Positions 46,634-56,155 of a stretch of 64,000 nt of DNA are shown one piece after another. The translations under genes were made by a program, and so were the position numbers. How positions within the stretch are numbered: position 1 is the first letter of the stretch; every line of letters begins with the position of its first letter. The notes beneath the pieces were generated by a model, which was not told the origin of the DNA, did no database searches, and saw nothing but the letters and a program-made list of their open reading frames with translations. The stretch lies in contig JALRHH010000002.1 in assembly GCA_023253175.1 (NCBI GenBank), positions 64,199-128,198 on the forward strand, given 5' to 3'. The DNA comes from Candidatus Saccharimonadia bacterium. Lineage in GTDB: Bacteria; Patescibacteriota; Saccharimonadia; Saccharimonadales; JALRHH01.

Positions 46634-47737
46634 TCAGCGGCCGGTGTGCGCGATGGCCGGGGTCTCCATGCCGGAGTCCTGGTCGTCGACACCGCCACCG
46701 TTGCCGCCGTTGTTGCCGCCACCGTTGCCGTTGCTGCAGGGCTTGATCGTGACGCGCTCCGACCCGACGTTCTCGCCGTTGACGAAGAGGTCCACGACGT
46801 ACTCGCCGGCCTTGACCTTGTGGGTCCCGGGCTTGACGAGCTCGTCGTTCAGCGTGACCGTCGCCGTGGCGTTGGCCGGGCTGAAGGTCGGCGTACCGAT
46901 CGTGATCGACTCGCAGTCGGGGTCCACGTCGACGGAGCCGGCGACGCCGATCTCACCGTCGTCGCACAGCTTGCCGCTGTCCACCGGCGCCGGGTAGGTG
47001 TACGTCTCCTGGTTGTCCGGGAACACGTAGCCCTCGTTGGCCGTCAGCGTGATGCTGCCGTCGGGGTTGCGGTCCACGGAGTAGTTGCCGCTGGGGACGT
47101 TGCCGTAGGCCGCGTTGTCGGGGCCGCAGGGGTCGTTGACCGGAACGGTGGGGGCCGTGATCTCGGTCGGGTCGCAGGGCTCGTTGAAGTCCGGAGCGAT
47201 CCCGAAGTTGATCTCGGTGGTGCCGTCGTCGAACGTGACGCCGTCCTCGACGAGCGGCTTCTTGATCTCGACCTTGAGCGACCGCGCGTCGGGACTGATG
47301 GTCCAGTCGAGCGTGTTGGTGTCGTCCGGCAAGACCCAGGTGTTGTTGTCCGGACCGCAGACCGTCAGGTAGACCGCCTCCGGCCGCTCGATCTGCTCGG
47401 GCGGGTTGTCACCACCGGGGCAGTCGCTGCGGCTGGGCTGCGCGATCTCGCCGACGTAGCCGAGAACGTACGAACGGTCGTGGGCGTCGTTGAAGTAGCC
47501 CGGAACCGTGCCGTCCCACTGGTTCTGGTCGATCGAGCTGGTGGCAACCTCGATGGGGTTCTTGCCGGCCTTGAGGCGCTCGTCGACACCGGGCTGTCCG
47601 ACGTACTTGCAGACGTAGACCTTGTCGGTCGCCGCAGAAGCCGGGCTGGTCATCACGGACACGCCCGTCGACAGTGACGCGGCGGCCAGTACGACCGTGG
47701 TGCCGGGCACCAAGATCCGCTTGTTGAGAGAAAACAT
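46634..47737 (-). CDS. Secreted actinobacterial-type surface protein ending in AIAHTGR
   Basis: 367 aa. Signal peptide ..VMTSPASA, KVYVCKYVGQPGVDERLKAGKNPIEV module, Cys pairs, GNGGGNNGGNGGG tract. The C-terminus is AIAHTGR then stop, with no hydrophobic tail. Confidence 0.75.
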   Translation of the reverse strand: MFSLNKRILVPGTTVVLAAASLSTGVSVMTSPASAATDKVYVCKYVGQPGVDERLKAGKNPIEVATSSIDQNQWDGTVPGYFNDAHDRSYVLGYVGEIAQPSRSDCPGGDNPPEQIERPEAVYLTVCGPDNNTWVLPDDTNTLDWTISPDARSLKVEIKKPLVEDGVTFDDGTTEINFGIAPDFNEPCDPTEITAPTVPVNDPCGPDNAAYGNVPSGNYSVDRNPDGSITLTANEGYVFPDNQETYTYPAPVDSGKLCDDGEIGVAGSVDVDPDCESITIGTPTFSPANATATVTLNDELVKPGTHKVKAGEYVVDLFVNGENVGSERVTIKPCSNGNGGGNNGGNGGGVDDQDSGMETPAIAHTGR

Positions 47738-47923
47738 CTCTCTGTCCTTTCCTTGGGAGTTGAACCGAATTGTGAAGTTACGCGCTTATGCGGGCACGAA
47801 ACCACTCATATCAGCTCATTCGGGGGGACCGAATACGTATAGTTTAACATGTTTTGCATATTTTGTAAATAACTACACCTCTTTCAGGTACTTGATGGAG
47901 AATTCTGGTATTATGAGTGGTAA

Positions 47924-48661
47924 ATGAGTATCAAATCAACACCGGAGCCTGTTTCCAAGAAACGCTCTCTTTCAATCAGTATATTTACCTGGCTCATGGG
48001 TGTAATTGGCACACTTATCGTCGCCCACCTGACCATGCAGTACCTCGATTTAAACGTATATCACCAGCTGAATGGGCAAGTTTTTGAAATCAGCAACCGC
48101 GTAGACTTCGATGATGAAGCGAGTATTCCAACCTGGATCTCTCAAGCAATTCTATTAGCTATTGCGGCCAGCGCTTTCTTTGCCGGTCTCTTGCAAAAAA
48201 CCAAAGCAGCCAAAAGAGCATGGATATCCATTGGTATCGTGGGTCTATTACTGTCGATTGACGAGGTATCTGCTATGCATGAACTCCTACTGCAAACTAC
48301 ACATCTCCTGCTCTACAACGAGGCGAGCCCAACGCTATACCAAAACGCCTGGCTTATACTGCTACCGTTCATTGCAATTGCGGGCTCTATCCTGGCATAC
48401 GTTGTTATCAAATACGTACCACGTAAAACGATCTTACTTATGATGCTAGGGTCCGTAATCCTAGTGCTCGGAGCTGCTGTTGTGGATGCGTTGACAAACG
48501 CGGATAACGTCAATACCTTTACGACGAAAGGTATTATGGTAGCTATCGAAGAGTCGCTAGAGTTGATTGGATCATCAACGATCCTCTACGCCATACTGGA
48601 CTATCTGGAAACAAATCATGGTGGGCAGATAAGGGCTGCGCGGAAAAAACTTTTAGGCTAG
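47924..48661 (+). CDS. Polytopic membrane protein, unknown function
   Basis: 245 aa, about 6 TM segments. Confidence 0.55.
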   Translation: MSIKSTPEPVSKKRSLSISIFTWLMGVIGTLIVAHLTMQYLDLNVYHQLNGQVFEISNRVDFDDEASIPTWISQAILLAIAASAFFAGLLQKTKAAKRAWISIGIVGLLLSIDEVSAMHELLLQTTHLLLYNEASPTLYQNAWLILLPFIAIAGSILAYVVIKYVPRKTILLMMLGSVILVLGAAVVDALTNADNVNTFTTKGIMVAIEESLELIGSSTILYAILDYLETNHGGQIRAARKKLLG

Positions 48662-48665
48662 CGCT

Positions 48666-49283
48666 ATGGCAAAGAAACAAGCCTGGTATTCACGGATCAC
48701 CCCAACCCAGCAGCTGGGGCTTGCATCGGCACTTTTTATCGCTGCAACCCTGTTGTCCAGAGATGCCGCTATTAGCGATCTAGAGATCAAGATCTTTAAT
48801 CTCGTATATACCTTACCCGAATTTTTACGAATACCGTTCTATATCATCACTCAGTTTGGCAGTATATACGTACTGCTAGCACTGGGACTCTTCTATGTCG
48901 CCAAAAGGCACTATCATATTGTCATCAGACTACTGATGACGGGCACATTTGCGTTTTTGTTAGCGGGTTTTGCAAAAAGCATTTGGGGGCGAGCCCGACC
49001 AGAACAGCTACTCCCAGATATTGTCACGCTTGATATATCACACGGTCCAGGCTTTCCATCAGGACACACCGCCCTAGCCGTTGCGCTTGCGTTCACGATC
49101 GGTCACTACATACCGCGTAAATACCACTGGATACCAGTAGTGTGGATAGTCGGCGTCGCCCTGTCACGCATGTATTTAGGAGTTCACTTGCCACTTGATA
49201 TTGTGGGAGGCTTCGCAATTGGCTGGTTCTCGTATGCACTATTCAGGCATGTACGGATTTACGATTTAGTAAAATCAAGATAG
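48666..49283 (+). CDS. PAP2 family phosphatase (undecaprenyl-PP/lipid phosphatase-like)
   Basis: 205 aa. KSIWGRARP, PSGHT, SRMYLGVHLPLD. Confidence 0.8.
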   Translation: MAKKQAWYSRITPTQQLGLASALFIAATLLSRDAAISDLEIKIFNLVYTLPEFLRIPFYIITQFGSIYVLLALGLFYVAKRHYHIVIRLLMTGTFAFLLAGFAKSIWGRARPEQLLPDIVTLDISHGPGFPSGHTALAVALAFTIGHYIPRKYHWIPVVWIVGVALSRMYLGVHLPLDIVGGFAIGWFSYALFRHVRIYDLVKSR

Positions 49284-49285
49284 AG

Positions 49286-49450
49286 GGGCTCACCGGGGTC
49301 GCTTCGCTCTTTCGCTGTGGCATGCTCGGTGCAAGCACCTGCGCGTGTCCTCACTCCACCGAACCCGCTTTTGCTGCACAAAAGTTCCGGGTTCAAAATC
49401 TCGAAGAGATTCTCCAAGTAAAAGACCCCAACAAAGTGGGGTCTTTTACT
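49286..49450. repeat. tRNA-3'-flanking structured element, copy 3 (next to tRNA-Lys)
   Basis: The left edge gggctcaccgggg (49286-49298) repeats tRNA-Lys acceptor/T-stem DNA at 49455-49467. Block atgctcggtgcaagcacctgcgcgtgtcctc, outer stem gaacccg/cgggttc around cttttg-ctgca-caaaag, terminator aaaagacccca-acaaa-gtggggtctttt. Confidence 0.65.
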
Positions 49451-49526
49451 TGGAGGGCTCACCGGGGCTCGAACCCGGGACACGAGGCTTAAAAGGCCTC
49501 TGCTCTACCAACTGAGCTATGAGCCC
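49451..49526 (-). tRNA. tRNA-Lys (TTT)
   Basis: Acceptor GGGCTCA/TGAGCCC, D arm GCTC-AGTTGGTA-GAGC, anticodon arm GAGGC-CTTTTAA-GCCTC, T arm CCGGG-TTCGAGC-CCCGG, encoded CCA. Confidence 0.9.
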
Positions 49527-49681
49527 GTAAACATGATAATTTACGGAAATTAACTCCTTACATTATCCAGATTTAGAGACAAAAGTCAATGAACCTACTT
49601 TGTGTATAGTTATCCACATAAACCGTTAAATGTTAAATTTCTTACGCTTACGCCTCCAATAATAGTTAAAAATATTACTGC

Positions 49682-50542
49682 ATGGAAGCAAACTACGGCG
49701 CAAACCAACTTCAACACTTCCTTGAAAATGAGCATCCAAGTAATGTTCGCGAGGTGGGAGAATCTATGGGCAGACTCCGCCCCTTACTTCAACCTGCCGG
49801 GTTTAAGGGCGTAGAGGATTTTCTCGGCACTTATCATACTGTAACCATTAATATTGCGGACAAGCTTAACTTATCGCTAACAGATGGGATTAGAGTATTC
49901 CGAGAAGAAGAGGTGCTGAATGCAGCAACCCCCATATTCTATTCGTTATTTACCGAAAACCTGCTAGAAACAAAGCAACATTGGAGCTGGATACGCGATG
50001 AGAGGACCCAACAGATTGACCGGGCAACTCAAGGTGCACTTGGCTATGCATCGCATATCGGCGGTGACCTAGGTCTAACCGTACATTCAATCCGTACAAG
50101 CGACCGGTTCTCCGAAAGGCAGATCAGAAATTACTTGCGATACGACTACGCACCCAAGATCGACCTTACGCTTTGGAAGACTGCCCATCAGATGGCCCCA
50201 GTGCTTACAAATATAGAGAACAAAAAGATCGAGAAAGCACTCACAAATATTTTTATGTTGGGCGTTATTTCTGGCAGGCAGATTGCACTCATTGACGCAA
50301 AGAGAATGGCCAATGCGAAGTCATTCGATCACCAAGAAGCTATTGCAGAGTCCGCCAGGATAAGAACTGCCAAGTTGACGGAAATAATACTTTCACGGAG
50401 CTTGGAGCTTAATCAGTGGGCGGCCTATGAGGCTGGAAGACAAATAGAAACAAGGCCTTCGGTTATAGACTTAGACTTAAGAAAAAATACTTCTCACAGG
50501 ATAGCAAAGTTTATCGGAACAAGCCTTCGAAGAGCAGCCTAA
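49682..50542 (+). CDS. Hypothetical protein
   Basis: 286 aa, mostly helical-looking. No motif recognised. Confidence 0.45.
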   Translation: MEANYGANQLQHFLENEHPSNVREVGESMGRLRPLLQPAGFKGVEDFLGTYHTVTINIADKLNLSLTDGIRVFREEEVLNAATPIFYSLFTENLLETKQHWSWIRDERTQQIDRATQGALGYASHIGGDLGLTVHSIRTSDRFSERQIRNYLRYDYAPKIDLTLWKTAHQMAPVLTNIENKKIEKALTNIFMLGVISGRQIALIDAKRMANAKSFDHQEAIAESARIRTAKLTEIILSRSLELNQWAAYEAGRQIETRPSVIDLDLRKNTSHRIAKFIGTSLRRAA

Positions 50543-50922
50543 ACTTCTTGGGATCTTACGAGCTCCAGTAGATCATTTGGCGTTAGACTAGACTTCAAAA
50601 TAAACTGATGTGCACCGAGACCTAATACTTCTGACTCTGTATCTTTGTCCGATAGATTCGAATATACAATGACTCGCATACCTGGATACTCTGATAGATC
50701 AATATTGCGAAGAAGTTCTTTGCCGTCCATTTTAGGCATGAAAATATCCAAAAGCACGACATCAGGCTTGACTGTTTTAATTTGCTGAAGACCCTCTACG
50801 CCATTACTGGCAGTGTGCACGGCGTATCCACCGGTCTCAAGGATCATTCTATAGACGTCTTGGAGAACCATTTCGTCCTCTACTACTAGTACTGTCTTTA
50901 GATTACTCATAACGGTAAACAA
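50539..50922 (-). CDS. Stand-alone response-regulator receiver (CheY-like)
   Basis: 127 aa. VLVVEDE, VLLDIFMPKMDG, terminal K in ILKS. Confidence 0.85.
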   Translation of the reverse strand: MFTVMSNLKTVLVVEDEMVLQDVYRMILETGGYAVHTASNGVEGLQQIKTVKPDVVLLDIFMPKMDGKELLRNIDLSEYPGMRVIVYSNLSDKDTESEVLGLGAHQFILKSSLTPNDLLELVRSQEV

Positions 50923-52472
50923 ATCTTAAATGTTGTGCCCTTGCCCCGCTCCGATTCAACCGTGATCGAACCATCGTGCAACATAATGATTCGCTCCACC
51001 CAATACAATCCCAAACCAGTGCCAGAGACCGTATCGGACAGTTCGTTATCAACCCGAGTAAACTTATCAAAAATGCGTGTCCGATCTTGCTTACTAATGC
51101 CAACGCCCTGATCCTTCACACGTATTTCCAGTTTTTTTGCACCGCTTTTACGCACATCAACTGTGATTGTTGTTTTAGGGTAGCTGTACTTGCTGGCGTT
51201 TTCAAACAAGTTAACAAACACGAGCTTCATTTCGGCGACATCAATATTTAGAACCGCCTTATCAAGCCCTTTGATGACAACCTTCTGCTCCCTCATCTCG
51301 AATGCAGTTTCTACATCTTCACAGGCCGACCGAATAATAGAAACGAGATCACTCTTTTCCTTTTTAAGCGTATAAAGACTTGAATCAATCTGGGCTGTTT
51401 TTAGCAAATCATTAATGATTCTGAGTTGCCGTTCGTTACTATTAAATGCAATCTGCAAATACTGCAGTTGATCCGCAGAAACCGGACCAGCAATTTCATT
51501 AATCAGTAGGCTGATGTATTGTTTTACAGCTGTTGCAGGTGTTCGGAGTTGATGAGACGCCAACGCAATAAACTCGTCCTTTGCACGGTTCAGTGCGAGC
51601 AGTTCAGCGCGTTCAGTCTTTAGTTCCGTGTTAGCGGCCTTAAGCTCCTGCGCCTGCTTTACGGAATCAATATTCATGCTGGTGCCGATCATACGAACCG
51701 GCTTGCCATTCTCGTGAATAACCCTTCCCGTTCCCAGCAGCCAATGTATGCTGCCATCATGGTGCACGATTCGGTGCTCGAATTGATACGTCTCCCCAGT
51801 TTTCATACTGTTCTCTGCGATACTGCCAGCCATTTCACGGTCTTCTGGGTGGACCATCGACATATACATTTCAAACGAGACAGGCTCCGATAAACTCAGG
51901 CCATAGATCTTGCGCAGCTCTGGTGACCAATACAGTTCAGACGACCCAATCTCCCACTCCCATAGCCCCATGGAAGATGCCTGCAGTGCTAATTTGAGAC
52001 GCTCTTCACTAAGCTGGAGTGCTTGACCTGCTGCCTTCTGGTCGGTTACGTCATGCTGCGTTCCCCATGCACGGACTAATTTACCGTCCTCAACAACGCC
52101 AATGAGGCTATTCAAAAAATATTTGTCATTCCCGTGCTTGTCACGCTCGTGCGATTCAACCTGCGATAAGTTATATCCACTCGCGATAAACGCTTCAAGA
52201 TATGCCCTGTTTTGTGGATCTGATTCTATCAGGAAATCAGATACTTTCATGCCGATCATTGGCTTTACAGATTTAAAACCATACATTCTAGCGAGCGCGA
52301 TATTTGTTTCTGCAAGATAGGCATGCTGATACATGCGCTTAATTTGAATACTCGGGGTTAAAGATACAGGGATTGGCTCATCGATTTCAAAGCGCCAAAT
52401 ACCCTCACTACTGTTCTGGATAAACGCTTGGTAGCGTTCTTTGCTTTGGTCTTGCTGATCCGTATTAGGCAT
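50907..52472 (-). CDS. PAS-domain sensor histidine kinase (cytoplasmic)
   Basis: 521 aa. PAS repeats (EGIWRFE.., GLWEWEI..), HisKA ALASHQLRTP, HATPase GTGLGLYWV. Confidence 0.85.
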   Translation of the reverse strand: MPNTDQQDQSKERYQAFIQNSSEGIWRFEIDEPIPVSLTPSIQIKRMYQHAYLAETNIALARMYGFKSVKPMIGMKVSDFLIESDPQNRAYLEAFIASGYNLSQVESHERDKHGNDKYFLNSLIGVVEDGKLVRAWGTQHDVTDQKAAGQALQLSEERLKLALQASSMGLWEWEIGSSELYWSPELRKIYGLSLSEPVSFEMYMSMVHPEDREMAGSIAENSMKTGETYQFEHRIVHHDGSIHWLLGTGRVIHENGKPVRMIGTSMNIDSVKQAQELKAANTELKTERAELLALNRAKDEFIALASHQLRTPATAVKQYISLLINEIAGPVSADQLQYLQIAFNSNERQLRIINDLLKTAQIDSSLYTLKKEKSDLVSIIRSACEDVETAFEMREQKVVIKGLDKAVLNIDVAEMKLVFVNLFENASKYSYPKTTITVDVRKSGAKKLEIRVKDQGVGISKQDRTRIFDKFTRVDNELSDTVSGTGLGLYWVERIIMLHDGSITVESERGKGTTFKICLPL

Positions 52473-52533
52473 TTGCTCCGACGTCCCTTGCTACACCATT
52501 CATTATACGCCTTCAGCTCAGTAATCTACCAGT

Positions 52534-53013
52534 TTAGTGATGCTTTCCCTTTTCATGGCTCGTCTTAAACAGAGCCCACATGAGGAGCAGATTTGAAACA
52601 ACTGCAGCGGCAAGTACTAAGTCTTGAGCACCCTTGATGTTTCCACCATAGTGCGTGTTGTAGATTGATTGCTCCATGCCTGGTGGCAAGAGAGGTAATG
52701 CAATTACTGCGACAAAACATCCCGTCAGAACGAGAGGTGCAATCTGAATAAGCGCGCTCTTTCCTGCACTCTTTCGAAGCAATAGAATCGTCAATACAAT
52801 AGGCAATGCCAATAGTACGAGCCGCGCCACCACTACAGAATTACTACCTTTGACAATTGCAGCCAACGCCAAATCAACGTCATCGCTGAGGGCAAATTGC
52901 AAAAAATATCCCACACAAACACTGACAAATACAAAGAGCGCGTGTACACGAAAAATGAGTGCCAGTAGCACTGGTACAAGCGCAATTGCGCCGATTACAA
53001 TAAGCGGAATCAT
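52534..53013 (-). CDS. Membrane protein, unknown function
   Basis: 159 aa, 4-5 TM segments. Confidence 0.5.
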   Translation of the reverse strand: MIPLIVIGAIALVPVLLALIFRVHALFVFVSVCVGYFLQFALSDDVDLALAAIVKGSNSVVVARLVLLALPIVLTILLLRKSAGKSALIQIAPLVLTGCFVAVIALPLLPPGMEQSIYNTHYGGNIKGAQDLVLAAAVVSNLLLMWALFKTSHEKGKHH

Positions 53014-53031
53014 AGGCCCATCATAGCATGA

Positions 53032-53484
53032 TTAGTAGCTCAATGAATCACCGATATACAGTGGTACGCGATCGGCAGTTCCAGCCGCAAATTCAGCGAC
53101 TGTTTTTCCGTCATGACAGAATGATTGCGGGTAGGTCGATGGAGTAACGTTTCGCTCAATTGCAGTTACTTTTTTTGTATCATCCAGCCATACCATATCA
53201 ATAGCAAACTTCATGTCTTTCATCCACATACAGTGCTGCCCTGATGATCCGAAATCGAACACCATAACCGCACCGCGATCAATACTATCCCTGCCCGACA
53301 AACCGCGTGCTAAATCCTCTTTAGAAGAAACAATTTCTGGCGCAAAAAACGATCCACGGACCGTCAAGCCCTGGTCGCGTGTCATAAAGTAATGCGCCCC
53401 TGAAACGGCGCCAACGAGTGGCACAAGGCCAATTACAATAAGTAGAATATCTTTGAGAACAAACTTACGCGCCGACACGGTCAC
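53032..53484 (-). CDS. DUF192 family protein
   Basis: 150 aa. N-terminal TM, MVFDF..CMWMKDMKFAIDMVWLD motif. Confidence 0.6.
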   Translation of the reverse strand: MTVSARKFVLKDILLIVIGLVPLVGAVSGAHYFMTRDQGLTVRGSFFAPEIVSSKEDLARGLSGRDSIDRGAVMVFDFGSSGQHCMWMKDMKFAIDMVWLDDTKKVTAIERNVTPSTYPQSFCHDGKTVAEFAAGTADRVPLYIGDSLSY

Positions 53485-54376
53485 GACGTCGCTTGCCCTT
53501 AGCGTTCAGTTCGATGTAATCAACAATCTTAGCAGCAATGTCGCGGTTCGTAACCTTCTCGATACCAAAACCAGGACTTGCATTTACTTCAAGCACAAGC
53601 GGGCCCTTATCGCTCCGCATCATGTCGACACCACAAACGGCGAGACCCATAGATTTCGCAGCACGGATTGCCGTACGACGCTCTTCGTCAGTAAGCTTAA
53701 TTGCGACGCCGCTACCGCCCTGGTGGAGGTTAGAACGGAAATCATCATCAAGACTCTGGCGCTTCATACTGGCCACGACCTTGCCGCCAACCACAAATGC
53801 ACGAATGTCAGTACCAGCAGATTCTTTTACAAACTCCTGCAGCAAGATGTTGGTACCGTCTTCATCCATCACGTAGAAAGCCTGGAGTACAGACTTGGCA
53901 GCCTTTTTAGTCTCAGCCAAAACAACACCGTTTCCGTGCGTACCACGTGCTAGCTTAATAATCACTGGCGTGCCACCAACCTGATCAATGAGGTCCTCTG
54001 TATCGGCCGCAGAACGCGTAACAACCGTCTTTGGGATACCGACACCCGCACGTGCAAGCAGCTGCATGCTTCGTAGTTTGTCGCGTGAACGAACCAGCGC
54101 GATTGAGCTCGTCAACGTGTACACACCCTGCATCTCGAACTGACGGACAATTGCACTACCATAGCGCGTCCAGCCGTTTGCAATACGTGGAATGACCACA
54201 TCAATGCCAGTGAGCTCTTCACCCTGGTGAAGCACCTTTGGGTCACCTCGTTCAATTGAGGTATAGCAATCACGGTATTTGATGATACGTACATCGTGAC
54301 CACGCGCCGCACACTCCTCGAACAAACGCTTTGTCGAGTAGTTACCTGGACCATTAGATAAAATAGCAATATTCAT
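53465..54376 (-). CDS. rimK: RimK-type ATP-grasp ligase
   Basis: 303 aa. MNIAILS.., VIIKLARGTHGNGV, LQEFV, typical RimK. Confidence 0.85.
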   Translation of the reverse strand: MNIAILSNGPGNYSTKRLFEECAARGHDVRIIKYRDCYTSIERGDPKVLHQGEELTGIDVVIPRIANGWTRYGSAIVRQFEMQGVYTLTSSIALVRSRDKLRSMQLLARAGVGIPKTVVTRSAADTEDLIDQVGGTPVIIKLARGTHGNGVVLAETKKAAKSVLQAFYVMDEDGTNILLQEFVKESAGTDIRAFVVGGKVVASMKRQSLDDDFRSNLHQGGSGVAIKLTDEERRTAIRAAKSMGLAVCGVDMMRSDKGPLVLEVNASPGFGIEKVTNRDIAAKIVDYIELNAKGKRRRDRVGA

Positions 54377-54387
54377 AATTTCAAATC

Positions 54388-54813
54388 CTACTCTGCAAAC
54401 GATACTTGAGCGCTGCGTCTTACGTCAACCAAAAAATGCTGTTCGCTTAAAAACTTTTTTCCAATCAGTACGGGCCAAGTCATTTCCTTGCGATCAGCCA
54501 GGCTGAGTGTAATTGGATATTCCTTGCCTTGAACGACGATTGCTGTGTCAATAAAATACCGCTTTTCACGATCACCGTTGCTGCTTTTAACAACCTTCAT
54601 CATGTAGTCAGTGGCGATAATAACGTTCTCCGGGTGGTCAAATGGCGAGAAGCGGAGTACGGATTTACCGCCTATTTCTCGCTCTTCAATAGTCGTGCAG
54701 TGAATCGCACCACTGTCCGCCCCGGTATCAATCTTTGCCGGCACGTTGAACATATCAAAACGTGGAAACGAAACGATTTCAGATGAACCAACAATGTTTT
54801 TTATTACGGTCAT
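54388..54813 (-). CDS. RimK-associated retropepsin-like (DUF785, putative zinc/aspartic) protease
   Basis: 141 aa. AKIDTGADSGAIH (D-T-G-A); conserved adjacency to rimK. Confidence 0.65.
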   Translation of the reverse strand: MTVIKNIVGSSEIVSFPRFDMFNVPAKIDTGADSGAIHCTTIEEREIGGKSVLRFSPFDHPENVIIATDYMMKVVKSSNGDREKRYFIDTAIVVQGKEYPITLSLADRKEMTWPVLIGKKFLSEQHFLVDVRRSAQVSFAE

Positions 54814-55041
54814 GTTTTTATTATATCACATTTAAGGGTAAAATGTCAATACTCTAACGGATTACTTGGCTCCGGAAACGCGCCAATATGCGAGTGCGAT
54901 AACACCGACAATCAAAAGCACAAGACAAATAATCATAGGTATAAAGCCAGCTTCAGAATGGTTAAGCTTTTTCATTTATCAGTATTATACAAAATTGCAC
55001 CGCAAAATAGGAAACGGGCTTCTTCCTGCGGAATAGTCAAC

Positions 55042-56148
55042 CTACCCAAAAAGGCCGGACTTCTTGTTTTCCTTGAACTCGCGAAGGAGCTCTTGCTGCT
55101 TTTTGCTCAGTTTTGTGGGAGTTTCTACGGTAACTGTCACAATATGCGCACCACGGGTGTCTTTGCGTATATGTGGGACGCCGTGATTAGAAAGTTTAAA
55201 GTCCGTACCGCTCTGTGTGCCGGCAGGAACCTTCATAGTGACGGGACCATCGACGGTCTCAACCTGGATTTCCGTACCCAGCGCGGCGTCCACCATGCTT
55301 ACGTGCTCTTCGGATAGAATAAGGTCACCTTCACGGGTAAATTTCTTGTGTGGGCGAACACGAATATTCACATATAAATCGCCCTTTGGTCCATGGGCAA
55401 TCGCTTCACCGTGCTCACGCAGGCGAATCACCGCACCATCATCTACACCTGCTGGGATCTTAAGCGTTAGGTCTTGCTTCTTGCGCTGGGTACCTGCACC
55501 GCGGCAAACCGAACAGACTTTTTCTGGAACCTTACCGGATCCATCACATTTGTCACAAACGGTTGCCTGCTGAATATTACCAAACATGGTTTGCATGACG
55601 CGTACTGTCTGGCCAGAACCTTTACACTGGTCACACGTTTTTAGTTCGTGTCCTGGTTCTACGGTACTGCCCTTACAGTGTTCACAGATATCGTTGAGAT
55701 CAAGATTTACTTCAACTTCCGTGCCAAAGACGGCTTGTTCGAAATCAATTTCGACCATCACTTCGACGTCACGACCGCGGTTCGAGCGCTGCTGGCGCTG
55801 TTGGCCGCCACCAAAAAAGCTGCCAAAGATATCGCCCAGCCCTAGATCGCCAAAGTCAAAGTTAACGTTCTGGCCCTGACCAAATCCACCGAAGCCTTCA
55901 AATGGATTACCGCCTCCGCCACCTGCACCACCAACACCAGCGTGACCGAACTGGTCATAACGCTGACGCTTGGAGCTATCTTTGAGCACCTCGTAGGCTT
56001 CATTGATCTCCTTGAACTTGGTTTCGTCGCCACCTTCTTTGTCTGGGTGGTACTGCACTGCAAGGCGCCTAAACGCCTTTTTTAATTCATCTGCCGATGC
56101 GTCCTTGGACACACCTAATACTTCGTAATAATCGCGCTTACTCATCAC
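55042..56148 (-). CDS. dnaJ: Chaperone DnaJ
   Basis: 368 aa. J domain HPD, G-rich linker, four CxxCxG zinc motifs. Confidence 0.95.
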   Translation of the reverse strand: MMSKRDYYEVLGVSKDASADELKKAFRRLAVQYHPDKEGGDETKFKEINEAYEVLKDSSKRQRYDQFGHAGVGGAGGGGGNPFEGFGGFGQGQNVNFDFGDLGLGDIFGSFFGGGQQRQQRSNRGRDVEVMVEIDFEQAVFGTEVEVNLDLNDICEHCKGSTVEPGHELKTCDQCKGSGQTVRVMQTMFGNIQQATVCDKCDGSGKVPEKVCSVCRGAGTQRKKQDLTLKIPAGVDDGAVIRLREHGEAIAHGPKGDLYVNIRVRPHKKFTREGDLILSEEHVSMVDAALGTEIQVETVDGPVTMKVPAGTQSGTDFKLSNHGVPHIRKDTRGAHIVTVTVETPTKLSKKQQELLREFKENKKSGLFG

Positions 56149-56155
56149 CTATATT

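Larger units (their letters stand above)
45785..47830. other. Compositionally foreign high-GC insert (two genes)
   Basis: Hand counts of GC per 60 nt: 45721-45780 = 24, 45781-45840 = 37, 46681-46740 = 45, 47761-47820 = 28, 47821-47880 = 23. Confidence 0.8.

Noticed and set aside
46373-47677. 434-aa plus-strand ORF, the longest ORF in the high-GC insert
   Set aside because: It is antisense to the well-formed secreted-protein gene (46634-47737). Its sequence is R/V/G/A/D-rich low complexity (..VVDRNGGGRDLGRVAGLVEVRSDPEVDLGG..) with no start context. This is a typical shadow ORF produced by high GC3 on the opposite strand.
45841-47787. 9-nt inverted repeat acttcacaa / ttgtgaagt flanking the high-GC insert as possible terminal inverted repeats
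   Set aside because: A single 9-mer match between two ~150-nt flanks is roughly a 1-in-10 chance event. The left copy lies within 7 nt of the sortase stop codon. There is no target-site duplication or transposase.
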